From positions 27,886,991 through 27,937,881 of the forward strand of contig NC_069003.1 in assembly GCF_001194135.2 (NCBI RefSeq): DNA of 50,891 bases, written 5' to 3'. The DNA is from Octopus bimaculoides. Its lineage: Eukaryota. Made by a program: the position numbers and the translations under genes. Shown one piece after another: positions 1 to 11,662 of the stretch; position 1 is the first letter of the stretch; every line of letters begins with the position of its first letter. The notes under the pieces are model-generated. The model searched no databases. It saw only the letters and a program-made list of their open reading frames with translations, and had not been told where the DNA came from.

Positions 1-810
1 ATATATATATATATATATAAAGTGAAAATGAAAATGCATCTGTTTTGCATAAATCGTATTCGTAAACGATATGAATTATTATTTTAATTAATCCAACAGA
101 ATTATTATGATTGTCATGAATAACAGAACCAAGTGTTTCTAAGACATTATTATAACTAGTAAGTGATGTGTTAACACAACACCTTTAATTAATTGGGAGT
201 ATGTGCCTAACAAGATGTGGGGGTGGGGTGGATAACATCATTGAATACTATTGAATACTACTTAATCCACTCAAAGAATGATAAGAGAGACCATTCAAAA
301 TAAAGTTTTCCATTTTGGAATGGGTTTGCTGCACCAGAAACCCAGTTAAGTAACTTTGGATGAGAGAAAGAATAGTCTGACGTTTGGTAGATGTAGCAAT
401 AATATCACTCATGTTTCAGTGTTATTAGTCCTCATCAGGAAAGCAAAGTAACATAGTAGTTTGTTTCAGTTTTTGCTTCACATGTTGTTTATAACGTGCA
501 TGAATGATTTATTGTTGAGTGTTTCAACTCCACCTTGGACGTTTGGCCAAGTCACTTTCTATCGCATTTATTATACAGTCTTCTTTATTATTTTTACTTA
601 ATAAATTTCTTTGTTGTGATTATCTCAAATAGACAAAAGTATTAAACTCTAGTCAAGTCTGCACATGTCCTTGGATAAAATTCTTTTCTTTCTTATCAAA
701 GTAGGTTTCCATTCACTGCTGTACAGCTTTATACTTCAACTTGTCAACAAAGAGGTTAGCACCAAAGGCTCTTTCCTTAGTACCCAATGTACTACATTAA
801 TTCTCCAACT

Positions 811-1039
811 CTAATCCTTTAGCATCCAGATTGCTCAGGCAGATGTAATATTCATTTATTTACATTGCTTTGAATTGATCATGCATTATCTTATACCGTT
901 GAAATTTTGATGATGTGATTCCTATATCTTCAGAATGATACTGTAAGGTAGATGTGATAGGATAGATCTGGCCAATGTTAACATAAAGCAGGTAGAATAT
1001 TTGAGCTGGGTATGGCCAGTTGAAATGCTAAGGAACTAA
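811..1039 (+). mobile_element. TTAA-flanked piggyBac-type MITE, family A (degenerate copy)
   Basis: Same internal sequence as 16746-16965 and the inverted copies at 7403-7599 and 48565-48798. Termini resemble TTAACCC...GGGTTAA (piggyBac-type TTAA target site and CCC/GGG ends). Confidence 0.7.
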
Positions 1040-1717
1040 TCTGCAGTAATAATTATATCTTCTATGGAATTCATTTTTCTGTACTTTCTATGATCTCTCC
1101 AACTTGTTTTGTGGACCTTTTTGTTCAACGTTGTTCATACAGTTAAAAATTCAGATAAATCTGATATATTTAATTTCCTGAATATCTAGAGATCCCATTA
1201 AGTGTATTTATTGATCATTTAGCAAGAAATGGGCCATTATCATACGCAATTTGTTTTGGGAACCTGATTNNNNNNNNNNNNNNNNNNNNNNNNNNNNNNN
1301 NNNNNNNNNNNNNNNNNNNNNNNNNNNNNNNNNNNNNNNNNNNNNNNNNNNNNNNNNNNNNNNNNNNNNNNNNNNNNNNNNNNNNNNNNNNNNNNNNNNN
1401 NNNNNNNNNNNNNNNNNNNNNNNNNNNNNNNNNNNNNNNNNNNNNNNNNNNNNNNNNNNNNNNNNNNNNNNTTTCCATCTAACAAATCCCATCAAAGTTG
1501 TTCTGTTAGTTACCCCTGCAACCGTTATGCTGCAGCACATTGGTGTGCATGAGATGATGCTAGGAGTGCCACAGTGTAACCTTAATGTAAATTTTTCCCC
1601 TATACTTTCAGCTATATTTTTAGTTCAGGTGTGCCTCTGAATTTTGAAAAGAATAGAAGTGTACCACAAGCGAATAAAAGTTGTGGTGCACTGACCTAGA
1701 GCACTTTATTATGTTAG

Positions 1718-1759
1718 GTTGGATTGGATTGGATTGGATTGGATTGGATTGGATTGGAT
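1718..1759. repeat. (GGATT)n pentanucleotide microsatellite, possibly the tail of a minus-strand LINE 3' end
   Basis: About 8 tandem GGATT units, followed by gtccactgcaggacaaaagcctc, which resembles RTE-type 3' ends read in reverse. Confidence 0.85.
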
Positions 1760-1924
1760 AACCTATGTTCAGTCCACTGCAGGACAAAAGCCTCAGCATG
1801 TTCTCTTCACCAACCACAGACTGATGTGGAGGCTGTGAATTTGAGCTTGAGATCATACTGGTTTGATGAACCTACTCTACTAAACAGACTTGAGATGCCT
1901 TGACAGAGGGATGCAATTTTTTTT

Positions 1925-2120
1925 TTATACTCTTAGCCAAGGGTAGTAAAGTCAATTACATCAACCCCAGTTCTCAACTGGTACTTATTTTATTGTCTCC
2001 AAAAGGCTGAAAGACAAAGTCAACCTCATCAGAATTTGAACTCAGAACATGAAGATGTCTGAAAGACTGCTAAGCATTTTACTCAGTGTGCAAAGGATTC
2101 TGCCAGCTCACTGCCTAGAT
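1925..2120 (-). mobile_element. tRNA-derived SINE, family 2
   Basis: Reverse complement of the element at 4484-4702 and 18907-19135, including the B-box-like ctgagttcaaattc. Confidence 0.8.
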
Positions 2121-3919
2121 ATTAAGTTTATATTAAATTATAATACATATAGTCATCTTACACTGTAGAGCTCCCGCAAAAATGTCTACTTGATTGCTTC
2201 ATCAACATAATTCCAGATGCAGGTTTCATGTACATAGTTCTCTATTTCTCTTCAGGAGATTGTGGGGTAAAACATAGTGAAAAGGAGTGGGGAGGAGAGA
2301 AATAACCTATTTAGAAGACAATTCCATGACCTTGCGGATCCATGTAAGATAATTAAGACTTTAAAGTATTTTTTAACAATGCTAACCAAAACAATGGTCA
2401 TACCATTTCAACATTTATTTTTCATTTTTTTAAAACATCATTTGTTATATTCCCAAAGAGATTATACAGCTAATACAAGATTATTTGGTTCTTTTANNNN
2501 NNNNNNNNNNNNNNNNNNNNNNNNNNNNNNNNNNNNNNNNNNNNNNNNNNNNNNNNNNNNNNNNNNNNNNNNNNNNNNNNNNNNNNNNNNNNNNNNNNNN
2601 NNNNNNNNNNNNNNNNNNNNNNNNNNNNNNNNNNNNNNNNNNNNNNNNNNNNNNNNNNNNNNNNNNNNNNNNNNNNNNNNNNNNNNNNNNNNNNNNNNNN
2701 NNNNNNNNNNNNNNNATATATATATATATATATATATAATTTTCCCTTAGTTTTTTGTTTACGTTTAAAAACAATAGCAACAACAATAAGTATTCCAATT
2801 TATTCATATTTCAATGAAAAGTCAGTTGTCAAGAGATTAAGCAGGAAGTTAAGTTTTCAGATTTTTAGCAGATTCCAGAAAGAATATAATGATTTCCAAT
2901 GGAATTTTGATCTTTTGATCCATCTGGTTTTGTGAGGGATCATAGGAGGTTGTGATTAAAATAACAATATACTTCAATCAACAATTTCATTTTCTAATCT
3001 ACAGCAGAGTTAAGTCCTATTTAAGCTTGTGTGAAATTAAAAATTCCTAATTCTTCTTGAGCATAATGCAGCTCATCTACAGGTTCTCATTTCAGCCTTG
3101 ACTTCTCGTTCATGGACAAAAGTTTCAGTACCAATATGCTAGTTCATTATAATCCCAAATTATTGAGATAGTGTCATTTTTAAATTCCTACTGTTATAAT
3201 TTTTTATTATTATTATTATACAGTTCTACAAAACATATCGATAGTTTTATTTATTTATTCTCATTTTTTTGCTTTCACTCTATGTTATGATGAATGTAAA
3301 GTATGTGTCTGTATATATATAATATTTTCATGGACTGAAAAACAGAAAACATCTAAATACCATGTTTCAATTCTGTGTTGGGAGTTCATCAAATGTGCAT
3401 CCTCTTTAACTCTACATAAACATATTCCTTATAAAACCACTATTAGTAAAGACCGAAGTAAACTTGGTGGACCAATTTGCATAGATAACACTTTCTTGCC
3501 AACTAGTTTGACAGGAAGATGTAATTTGAGGGAAATTCTACTTCTGTTTCTAACTGTATTGTTTCTTTGCTACAGAATATATTCAGATTTTTCTAGCTAA
3601 CATCTGTGTATACAATATGTCAGTTTTGTTCTATTAGTCCTGTCATCATCATCTTTGTCACTTTCATTTTTTCACTCACTAACTTAATATCACAAATGTT
3701 TTGATGATCAGAAACTCCAACAACTTTTCGGTACAATCAAGTCCTTTGTGCTTTGTATCTTCAATTAATGACATTTCATTTCCATGCTATTTATTTGGTC
3801 ATAAATAATGTGGAGAATTTGATTTTAATTAAAAAGAAGAAACATCTCAATCATTCCGAAAATGTGATGCAACACTTGAATAACTTCGCATTTTTTAAAA
3901 ATAAAATTTAACATATAGT

Positions 3920-4275
3920 CGCAGACATTGCTGTGTGCTAAGAACTTAGATTCTCAACCTCATGGTCCTGGGTTCAGTCCCATAGTGTGGAACCTTGGAC
4001 AAGTGTCTCTGTTATAATCTTGGGGTGAGTGGCTTTGCAGACAGAAACTGAAAGAAGCCCATCAGGTATATGCCTGTGTGCATTTGTGCCTTGTGTTTGA
4101 CAACCGGTGTTGGTGCTTGTATTTCCCCATAACTTAGCAGTTCAGCAAAACGGTCCAATAGAATAAGTACCAGGCTTTAAAAAATAAAGGATTGGGGTTG
4201 ATTCATTTGACTAAAATTCCTCAGGGTGATGTTCCAGCATGGCCACTGTCTAATGATTGAAACAACTAGATGGTA
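3920..4275 (+). mobile_element. Major tRNA-derived SINE, family 1
   Basis: Head gctgtgtgctaagaac...gggttcagtccc (A/B-box-like). Body and tail (gaataagtaccaggc...ccagcatggccac...tgattgaaacaa) are shared with more than 10 copies in the window. Confidence 0.9.
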
Positions 4276-4483
4276 GAGAAAACATGTGCAAAACAAAAAG
4301 TCATTGCTTTGTATCACATCCCATGTTTCTTCATTTTTATCTTGAGTATTATGGGTGTGAACTCTTGTCATTTCCAATATGATCCAGTTTAGTGTCAGAG
4401 TAAATATCATTTAATGTACATGATATAGAATATTTGCTTGAGAGTTCAATGTATGTTGTCTACCAGCTTTCATATCAGATTGC

Positions 4484-4702
4484 TGTGTAAGGTGGAAAGC
4501 TGGCAGAATCATTAGCATGCCACACAAAATGCTCAGTGGCATTTCATGTCTTTATGTTCTGAGTTCAAATTCTGCTGAGGTCCACTTTGCTTTTTTTCTT
4601 ATGGGACCAATAAAATAAGTAACAGTTGAGCATGGAGATCGATGTTATCAACTTACTCCATCCCCCGAAATTGCAGGCCTTGTGCCATAATTTGAAACCA
4701 AT
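4484..4702 (+). mobile_element. tRNA-derived SINE, family 2
   Basis: gtaaggtggaaagctggcagaatcattagcatgcc...ctgagttcaaattc...aaattgcaggccttgtgccataatttgaaacc, repeated elsewhere in the window. Confidence 0.85.
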
Positions 4703-5499
4703 ATTAGGCTACCCTATCTTTTATTTTGTTGTTAGTCTATTTGGCAAGAAGAATTTTTCTATTGTAGACAATGAGTTTAGTGTATTAGAGGGATTACAGA
4801 AGAAAGTTTATCATATGGATTATCACGTAATTATGAGTTCTGAGTTCAGACCTGGCTACTGTAATATGTAATTCTGTAAATTTGTTTGCATCAGCAAGTT
4901 ACTACATACTAATCTCAGTTTCCTGAACCACTTAACTTCAGCATAGGAAAGTGGAACATTTAATGTTTCCTTTTACATAAAGATAATTATGAAATCAATC
5001 AATAAATATGAGACATCAAGATTAAAACCCAATAGTAGAGAATGTCCATAAAGATGACAATCATGAATGACTTAATAAAAAATATAGTTGTTGGTGTGAT
5101 GAAAATTTCAGCACATTTAGATTAGTTACCAAGACAATTTGATACATTTAGCTTGAGGAGTGGTGATGGTGGGAACACTAGATGAATTTTACAAGATCAA
5201 GAGGAAAATAAAGTAAAACAAGATAAGGATACCAATATTTTTTTTAAAGCTGTTCTGGTCTATGAGGACTAAAACTGTTCTGTGTAGCTTCTACAACAAC
5301 AAATGTTTTACAAGCCAATGGTGGGACCTCTAAGTGGTTGTTTCAGCCTATTAGAAATAGCAGTCAAATCTCCACAACCTCATACACACACTGAATTGAA
5401 TTTTAAAAAGTGGATCATGTGTATAAAATATTTGAAAAATGGATAACATACATGGTATATTCCATAAATTTTGCCGCTCTTTCAGATGAGACATTTATT

Positions 5500-5760
5500 A
5501 ATTTCAAAGTAGGATCCTCTGATTTCAATGCACTTGTAGTACTCCGTCCACTTCGTGGAGGTCCCATGGAAGTCCCCCAATGTGAAGACGTCTAGGACCC
5601 TTGTCACAGCCTCCTTAATCTTCTCAGTATCTTCAAAACTAATGCCCTTTAGTTTCTCCTTCAGCTTGGGGAAAAACCAAAAGTCACTAGGAGTAAGGTC
5701 TAGCCTGTTGCGAGGGTGAGGGACAACTTTAAATTCTCATTGTTGTCAAGTAGTTAGTCA
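5500..5760 (-). mobile_element. Mariner transposase C-terminal remnant
   Basis: The minus strand translates to KVVPHPRNRLDLTPSDFWFFPKLKEKLKGISFEDTEKIKEAVTRVLDVFTLGDFHGTSTKWTEYYKCIEIRGSYFE. This matches the mariner HPPYSPDLAPxDFWLFPKLK motif and the KCI...GxYFE C-terminus. Confidence 0.9.
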
Positions 5761-6707
5761 CCGGGATGGATTTGTAACAAGCTGTGTTTGGTAGGGTGCA
5801 TTCAAAATGCTGTTACAGTCATTTCCTTCAATCTGGAATAAAAAAAAATGTTGGCAAGTCAGCTTATAAAAGATATAATATAATGTATTAAAGATATAAT
5901 TTTAGTAATGACATACTAAAATGTCTGCCTCTGTGAGGCCCAAAGTTTGAAGGCTGCTTTTTAATTGAAGAATATTAATAGTGTCGAAAATACTTGGAAT
6001 ATAATTAGAATAAACAGGTTTGAAACCTTATTACAAGTGTTGCCACTCAAAAGAATGTTTAAAGCTACCATGAAATCACTCTTTATGGATAGATGAAGAT
6101 TATGTATAGATATAGATATAAATTAAGTGGAACGTTGATGCTGGAATATTTCAACAGATACCTACTGGCTTCATATTTCCCAGTTGTTGACGTAAACTCC
6201 AGAATAGATTTTACTTGAGCAAACAGCAAGTATTGTCATACATCTCACTATTCCATAATCATGACATGAAAGAGCTTACTTATTTCACAAACACATCTGT
6301 CTGTTTGGAGGTTAAGGTTTATCAACCTGAAATTTGTCAAGTCATGCAATCTTGTCCAAAATCCTGCATTTAATCTAATTTAAAACTTGACTCAAGACTT
6401 CTTTCTTGTCACACACTAGGCAATGTCAGTGATGCAAATTGACAAACATTTTGTCACAAACATAATCTTATTTTACTTAGATGCATTGAATTCTTATTCT
6501 TGTTATTATTTACATTTTGTTTTTACCTTTAAGTTCCTTTTTCTTTTTCTCTTTTTCATAATTTTCTTAACAATTTCACTTATTCACTTGATTAGCAGTA
6601 TCGCTCAATATCTGGAGTTTGTCACAAATCTATATGGCTATGTTTATGTATAAATATTTGTGATTATGCAGCAATACATGAGTGTATGTATGTGTGTGTG
6701 TGTGTGC

Positions 6708-6830
6708 AGACATGATTGTGTGGTTAAGATACTTGCTTCCCAATCACATGGCTCCTGATTCAGTTCCACTGCATGGCTCCTCAAGCTTTGGGGGTGGAAT
6801 TGATGGACAGAAACTGAAAGAGGTGTGTTG
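6708..6830 (+). mobile_element. SINE family 1, partial
   Basis: Head tgtgtggttaagatacttgcttcccaatcacatgg...cagttccactgcatggc...gacagaaactgaaaga. Confidence 0.8.
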
Positions 6831-7049
6831 TATATTTATCTGTCTACCTGTTAGTCAGCCTATCTGTCTATCTATCTGTCTGTCTGTCTGTCTGTCTTTT
6901 TTGTGTCTGGTAAATGAGTGGAAACTTTATTGGTGAGTGTGTTAAATAATAAGGCACTGAAAGAGAATGTCTCTCCCCAGACACAACAAAATATGCTTCA
7001 ACACACGAGCTCACATAAAGAATCTTGCAAACCAAATCCAAAAATGAAA

Positions 7050-7086
<37 letters not shown>

Positions 7087-7111
7087 CTATCCATCCATCT
7101 ATCTACACACA

Positions 7112-7410
7112 CACAGTGTAGATATACAATTGGTGTGGCCAACAGAGTTCAAGAAAAAAGGCATGAAATCTTTTAAGATTTATTGTAAATTCAAGTTATA
7201 CAAAGTTACTGCACCTATATATTACATAATTATTCAATACAAACCCTGCCAGTTTTAATAACTCCCTGAGATGACCACAGAATCTTACGATTTTTGCAAC
7301 TGCAGCTGAAAAATCTTGAAATGCATAGCACATGCACTGCTTCATCCTTAGTATTGCAGGTTGACACATTTCAGCCTGGACATCTGACCTCCTAACTCTC
7401 CAGACTTCAA
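7112..7410. mobile_element. Possible highly degenerate Tc1/mariner remnant(s)
   Basis: On the + strand, about 7380-7410 reads DI*PPNSPDFN, resembling the WPPNSPDLNP motif. On the - strand, about 7330-7240 ends ...GVIKTGRVCIE*, like Tc1/mariner C-termini. A TA-CAATTGGTGTGGCCAA terminus-like sequence lies at about 7113. The two signals are in opposite orientations, so the assignment is uncertain. Confidence 0.4.
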
Positions 7411-7599
7411 CTGGCCATATGCAGTCCACATATTCTACCTGTTTTATGTTTAAACTGACCAGATCCAGCCTCTTACACCCACCTACAATGTCATTTTAAA
7501 AATAAACAATCACATCACTAAAATCATGGAGCTCAAAGCTCAAGATAATGCATGATTCAAATGAATGGGAATAAATAAGCTTTACTTGTGGCAGGTTAA
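7403..7599 (-). mobile_element. piggyBac-type MITE family A
   Basis: Reverse complement of the 16746-16965 element (atattctacctgttttatgtttaaactgaccagatccagcctcttacacc...). Confidence 0.7.
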
Positions 7600-8172
7600 A
7601 GAAAATTTCTTGTTGAGAGAGAATAACCCTTAATTTCATTTAAGTTCTTTGTTATATACTGATACAAGCTGAATAGGGGACAGGATATAGCTGCACTCCC
7701 CGGTACATTTATACTGTAGAGAAGACCTCTTGCAGATTTTTATTCATGTAAGAAAGCATAATTCGTTTTAAGATTTACATGCCATTCACTTAGTTAATCA
7801 GAGTGGGTGCTTTTGGTGTTTTTATGACATGTATACAGTATGTGCTTGCATGTGTAAATGTGTGTACAGATATGCATGTATGAGTGTGTGTTTCTATATA
7901 TGTACAAATGCGTGTGTGCATATCTGCCTTTATGTGTGTGTGTATATGTATATATAGGAGTATATACAGTTGTGTGTGTGTGTGTATTATATATTACTAC
8001 TGCTAAGGTTTGGCCAGCATCATGTAATGAGTGAAGTGTGTGTGTGTGGGGGGGGGTGCATAATGTATTTTCTGGTAGAGAAGTTGCCATTGCATACAGT
8101 GTAAACATCAAGTGCAAACATTCAAACAACTTCATTATCTTTCCAAATTCGTTGGTGCATCAATTGACTTAC

Positions 8173-8219
8173 CTTTTTTTAAGGCTGCAAATTTTGGTCT
8201 GAGAAATTCAACTTGTATG
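8173..8219 (-). CDS. Candidate 47-nt internal coding exon (IQVEFLRPKFAALKK), product unknown
   Basis: Acceptor gctgtattttccag, donor AAG|gtaagt, an open frame (phase 2 to 1), in apparently unique sequence. I recognise no homolog. Confidence 0.4.
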
Positions 8220-8254
8220 CTGGAAAATACAGCCCATGTATATTTATATATACA

Positions 8255-8481
8255 TACAAGGGGCAGGGGAGGCTGAAATGTCCTTGACTTTAAGGGTGTC
8301 ATGAAAGGCCTAGCTGGAGGTACAACATTCCGTGTTCTTTTACAGGGCTTTGAAAAGCTGAAAGACTGCTACAATTAGTATGTGAATCTAAGAGGGGAAT
8401 ATGTTAGATAAAACCATAACTAACTGATCATCCTGTATTTTCTTTTACCCAAAGCCAGCAACTTTTCAGCACCCCCTTGTA
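8255..8481 (+). mobile_element. Mariner-derived MITE
   Basis: TA-flanked TIRs TACAAGGGG...CCCCTTGTA. The internal gtgaatctaagaggggaatatgttagataa resembles the end of a mariner transposase (CV.LRGEYVE*). An inverted sister copy lies at 10583-10797. Confidence 0.85.
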
Positions 8482-8504
8482 CATACACAAACGTGTGTAT
8501 GTGT

Positions 8505-8561
<57 letters not shown>

Positions 8562-8599
8562 TGTGTGTGTGTGTATATTTGTATAGAAGCTATTAGAAG

Positions 8600-9030
8600 T
8601 ATCAGTTGTTTGGAAATGGGGCTCCACTTTATATATTTCTTACTCCATTCAACAAAATACTTCTGGCTATTCCACAACCAATTACATTTTGTTTCCCTAG
8701 TGCTGGTATTGTGTCACTTGTTACAGAGCTCTGCAGCTAAATTTGTTGAATGTTTTATAAAACTCCCAGTAGGTATCGCAAACGTTTAGCAGGTCGATTT
8801 TATCCATTGATGTTGTAAATGTTGTGGAAACTAAGTGAGGTGGCTTGCACCTTCATGGATGAAATGTTTATCATCACAAAACAACTTGGTCTCTTGCAAC
8901 ATAATCACTTTCCTTCTATTCATTTTTTTTCTCACTTTAATCTTGCATCTTGCTTTACAAAGTCATGTAGTCATCTTCCTGTTGTTTCCCCTTCTGCCTT
9001 AGCATATTGCTTCATTATAATCGTCTTTCA
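8600..9030 (-). mobile_element. Possible very old LINE reverse-transcriptase remnant
   Basis: Interrupted minus-strand frames give ...IYNING*NRPAKRLRYLLGV and STNLAAELCNK, loosely like the RTE (INGxxLExVxxFxYLG / DAEVxxRI) region. The match is weak. Confidence 0.3.
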
Positions 9031-9521
9031 ATGTATTTCTGTAGAGTGCATCTAATTATCCACTCCTTCAAAAAAAAAAATAGAAACCTTTTGGAACACC
9101 AACTCCCAGGGGATTTGGCATACGCATATCTAATTTTGTAAATCATTAAATAGATTTAGGGAGGTTATCAGGGTGTTTTTGTTTTTTTGTATAACGCCTA
9201 TCACACACGTCTCATTCGGTATTTGCTACGTTTTTGTATGTGCAGAACAAAATTATTTGCAAGCTTAATGGTTTGTGGTTTATCCTGTTTTGTTTTTATA
9301 TATCTTGGACTACATTATCTAATGTACTAATGTACTATACTTCCCTTTTTTAATATGGCAGGATAGGATCTAAGAGGATTTGTCTGCTACTTCTAGCAGA
9401 TTGAGCAATGTGTAGAATCTCATTTGTTGTCTTTGAGATTTATTTATGTATTATCAGTTTTGCTTCCTCTAATGAAAAGCTTGCTTCTCTGCATTTACTA
9501 GAGATGTTTTCATGAAATTTT

Positions 9522-9535
9522 GTTTCCATAGCAAC
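9522..9535. promoter_or_regulatory. RFX X-box motif GTTTCCATAGCAAC
   Basis: 14-bp match to the imperfect palindromic RFX consensus GTTNCCATRGNAAC, in non-repeat sequence. Confidence 0.55.
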
Positions 9536-9854
9536 GTGTTGATTGTATACATTTATAAATTGTTGAATTAAACCAATCTAAATTTTTTTTTTCTCTCAAT
9601 ATCTGTTGCATGGTGAATTTAGTGCCAATTTAATTATAGTTGATTCTGGAATAAATGCAATGCCCCAGCATGACCATTATGTATGATGGCCAAAACAAAC
9701 TACAAAATAAGATTTCACTTGATTATATGAAATATCGAAGTCGGATAAAGTGAAGTGCATTTTGGCAGTCCTTAATCCATTTACCATTAGCCAGGGTCTG
9801 AGAAGATAACAGCTGTAGATAAATATGGTCTAGATTGCAACTAACTGAAGCTTA

Positions 9855-9990
9855 CAATATTTTATGAAGACGATATTATGTTTGTTGCTTCTTCTGAAAG
9901 AGAGGACAACTTGCTGAACAAATAGAAATGTAGGATGGTATTTGACATTATTAGCACTAACTTGAAACAGAAAAAGTGCTACAAGTTCTA
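9855..9990 (+). mobile_element. Degenerate LINE RT fragment (YADD region)
   Basis: Translates to FYEDDIMFVASSERE..., matching the RT motif YADD + hydrophobic residues + AESEEE, followed by stops. Confidence 0.55.
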
Positions 9991-10492
9991 TTGGTGGGAA
10001 CTGAATTTATGACTGCAAGGTCTTCAGTATGACTCCAAGCTTGTTTCCATTGCTTGGTGGGTGACATCATTGCCAATTGTGTCTTAGACCATCTATCATT
10101 CAATCTTTTCAAATTAGATATTATAAATGATTTTATTTACTTTTTTAATTGTATTTGTTTTCTGTCTCAAATTAGGTATTTATAATATCTAACTAATATC
10201 ATTTGCAATAATGTCTTGATTGATAAATTGCTTAGATATTTGGAGGGTTGAATTTTTTTTTTTTTTAAGAGCCTATTTGCCTTCAGTTATATTAAGAAAT
10301 GTTGAATGAATCTGGTCCAGCAACACACATATACAGACACAAGGCTGTTAAACTTTTATTTACATTCATCAATTATCCCAGAGTTAATATATTAACAAAT
10401 TTTAGCCTCTGTGTATGGATATAGGTGTATGTACACACACACACATGCACATATATATATACGCACACACATATGCATGTGTGTATGGATGT

Positions 10493-10540
<48 letters not shown>

Positions 10541-10582
10541 GTGTGCTGATTGACTCTGTATAGTGTTAATCAAAGTTATATG

Positions 10583-10797
10583 TACAAGGGGGTGCTTTAA
10601 AGTTCCTCGCTTTGGATAAAAGAAAATACAGGATGATCAGTTAATAATGATTTTATTCAATATATCCCTCTCTCAGATTCACACGCTTATTGCAGTGGTA
10701 CTTTTTCTAAATCCTGTAAAGAACTTGGAAGGTTAGGCCTTTAACCAGACCTTTCATGATACCCTTAAAGCCAAGAACATTTCCGCATCCCCTTGTA
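10583..10797 (-). mobile_element. Mariner-derived MITE (second copy)
   Basis: TACAAGGGGGTGCT...CATCCCCTTGTA TIRs. The internal sequence is the reverse complement of 8255-8481. Confidence 0.85.
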
Positions 10798-10836
10798 TAT
10801 ATATATATAGATATATATATATATATCTATATATAT

Positions 10837-11624
10837 ATAGGAAAATGAAAAATAAGGCAGAATGCTAAACTGGAAGCATATTTTAATAAAGATTTCTAAC
10901 CGGATTTCATTGCGAAGCAAATTTTCAAGAAGAAGGAGAATGAAAATGTTTTTTACAAAGAAGTACAAAATGAAGAAAATAATACATAAAAAAAAAATTA
11001 TATATATAAAAAAATTAATATACAAAATAAATATATAAAAAAATAAATATATCAATATATTATATTGTCTTTGAGCTTTTGAAGTCCAATGGTAATTCAT
11101 GTATATAATGGTTGGAAAAATAAGGATGCATGAGGATTGAGAGTTGTGTTAGGTTTAAAAAAAGGGTTAAAAGTTTGTGTTAAGCAGGAAGTGTGGTGTC
11201 AAAACAGGAAGTGCTTAANNNNNNNNNNNNNNNNNNNNNNNNNNNNNNNNNNNNNNNNNNNNNNNNNNNNNNNNNNNNNNNNNNNNNNNNNNNNNNNTTA
11301 TTTTTCCAACCATTACATACATGAATTACCATTGAACTTCAAAAGCTCAAAGACAATATACTGTATTGGTATATTTATTTTTTTATATATTTTTTAATAT
11401 ATTAATTTTTTTTTATATATAATTTTTTGTTATATATTATTTTCTTCATTTTGTACTTCTTTGTAAAAAACATTTTCATTCTCCTTTTTCTTGAAAATTT
11501 GCTTCGCAATGAAAGCCGGTTGGAAATCTTTATTAAAATATGCTTCCAGTTTAGCATTCTGCCTTATTTTTCATTTTCCTATTATTTCTCCACGTGTAGT
11601 TAACACAACCCCACGATTTACTGA

Positions 11625-11627
<3 letters not shown>
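10837..11627. mobile_element. Long palindromic (foldback) non-autonomous element, copy 1
   Basis: 10837-11130 is a near-perfect reverse complement of 11298-11582. The centre is an N gap, and both flanks are (TA)n. The same element occurs at 23313-23931. Confidence 0.85.

Positions 11628-11662
<35 letters not shown>

Noticed and set aside
1208-2807. ORFs spanning N runs (also 25333-26209, 30753-31402, 39591-40053)
   Set aside because: Their length comes from ambiguous bases. Only the RTE ORF 31114-31389 is real sequence.
9784-9925. Minus-strand exon candidates near 9.8-9.9 kb
   Set aside because: They overlap a decayed + strand LINE RT (YEDDIMFVASSE) and give inconsistent phases or too-short introns.
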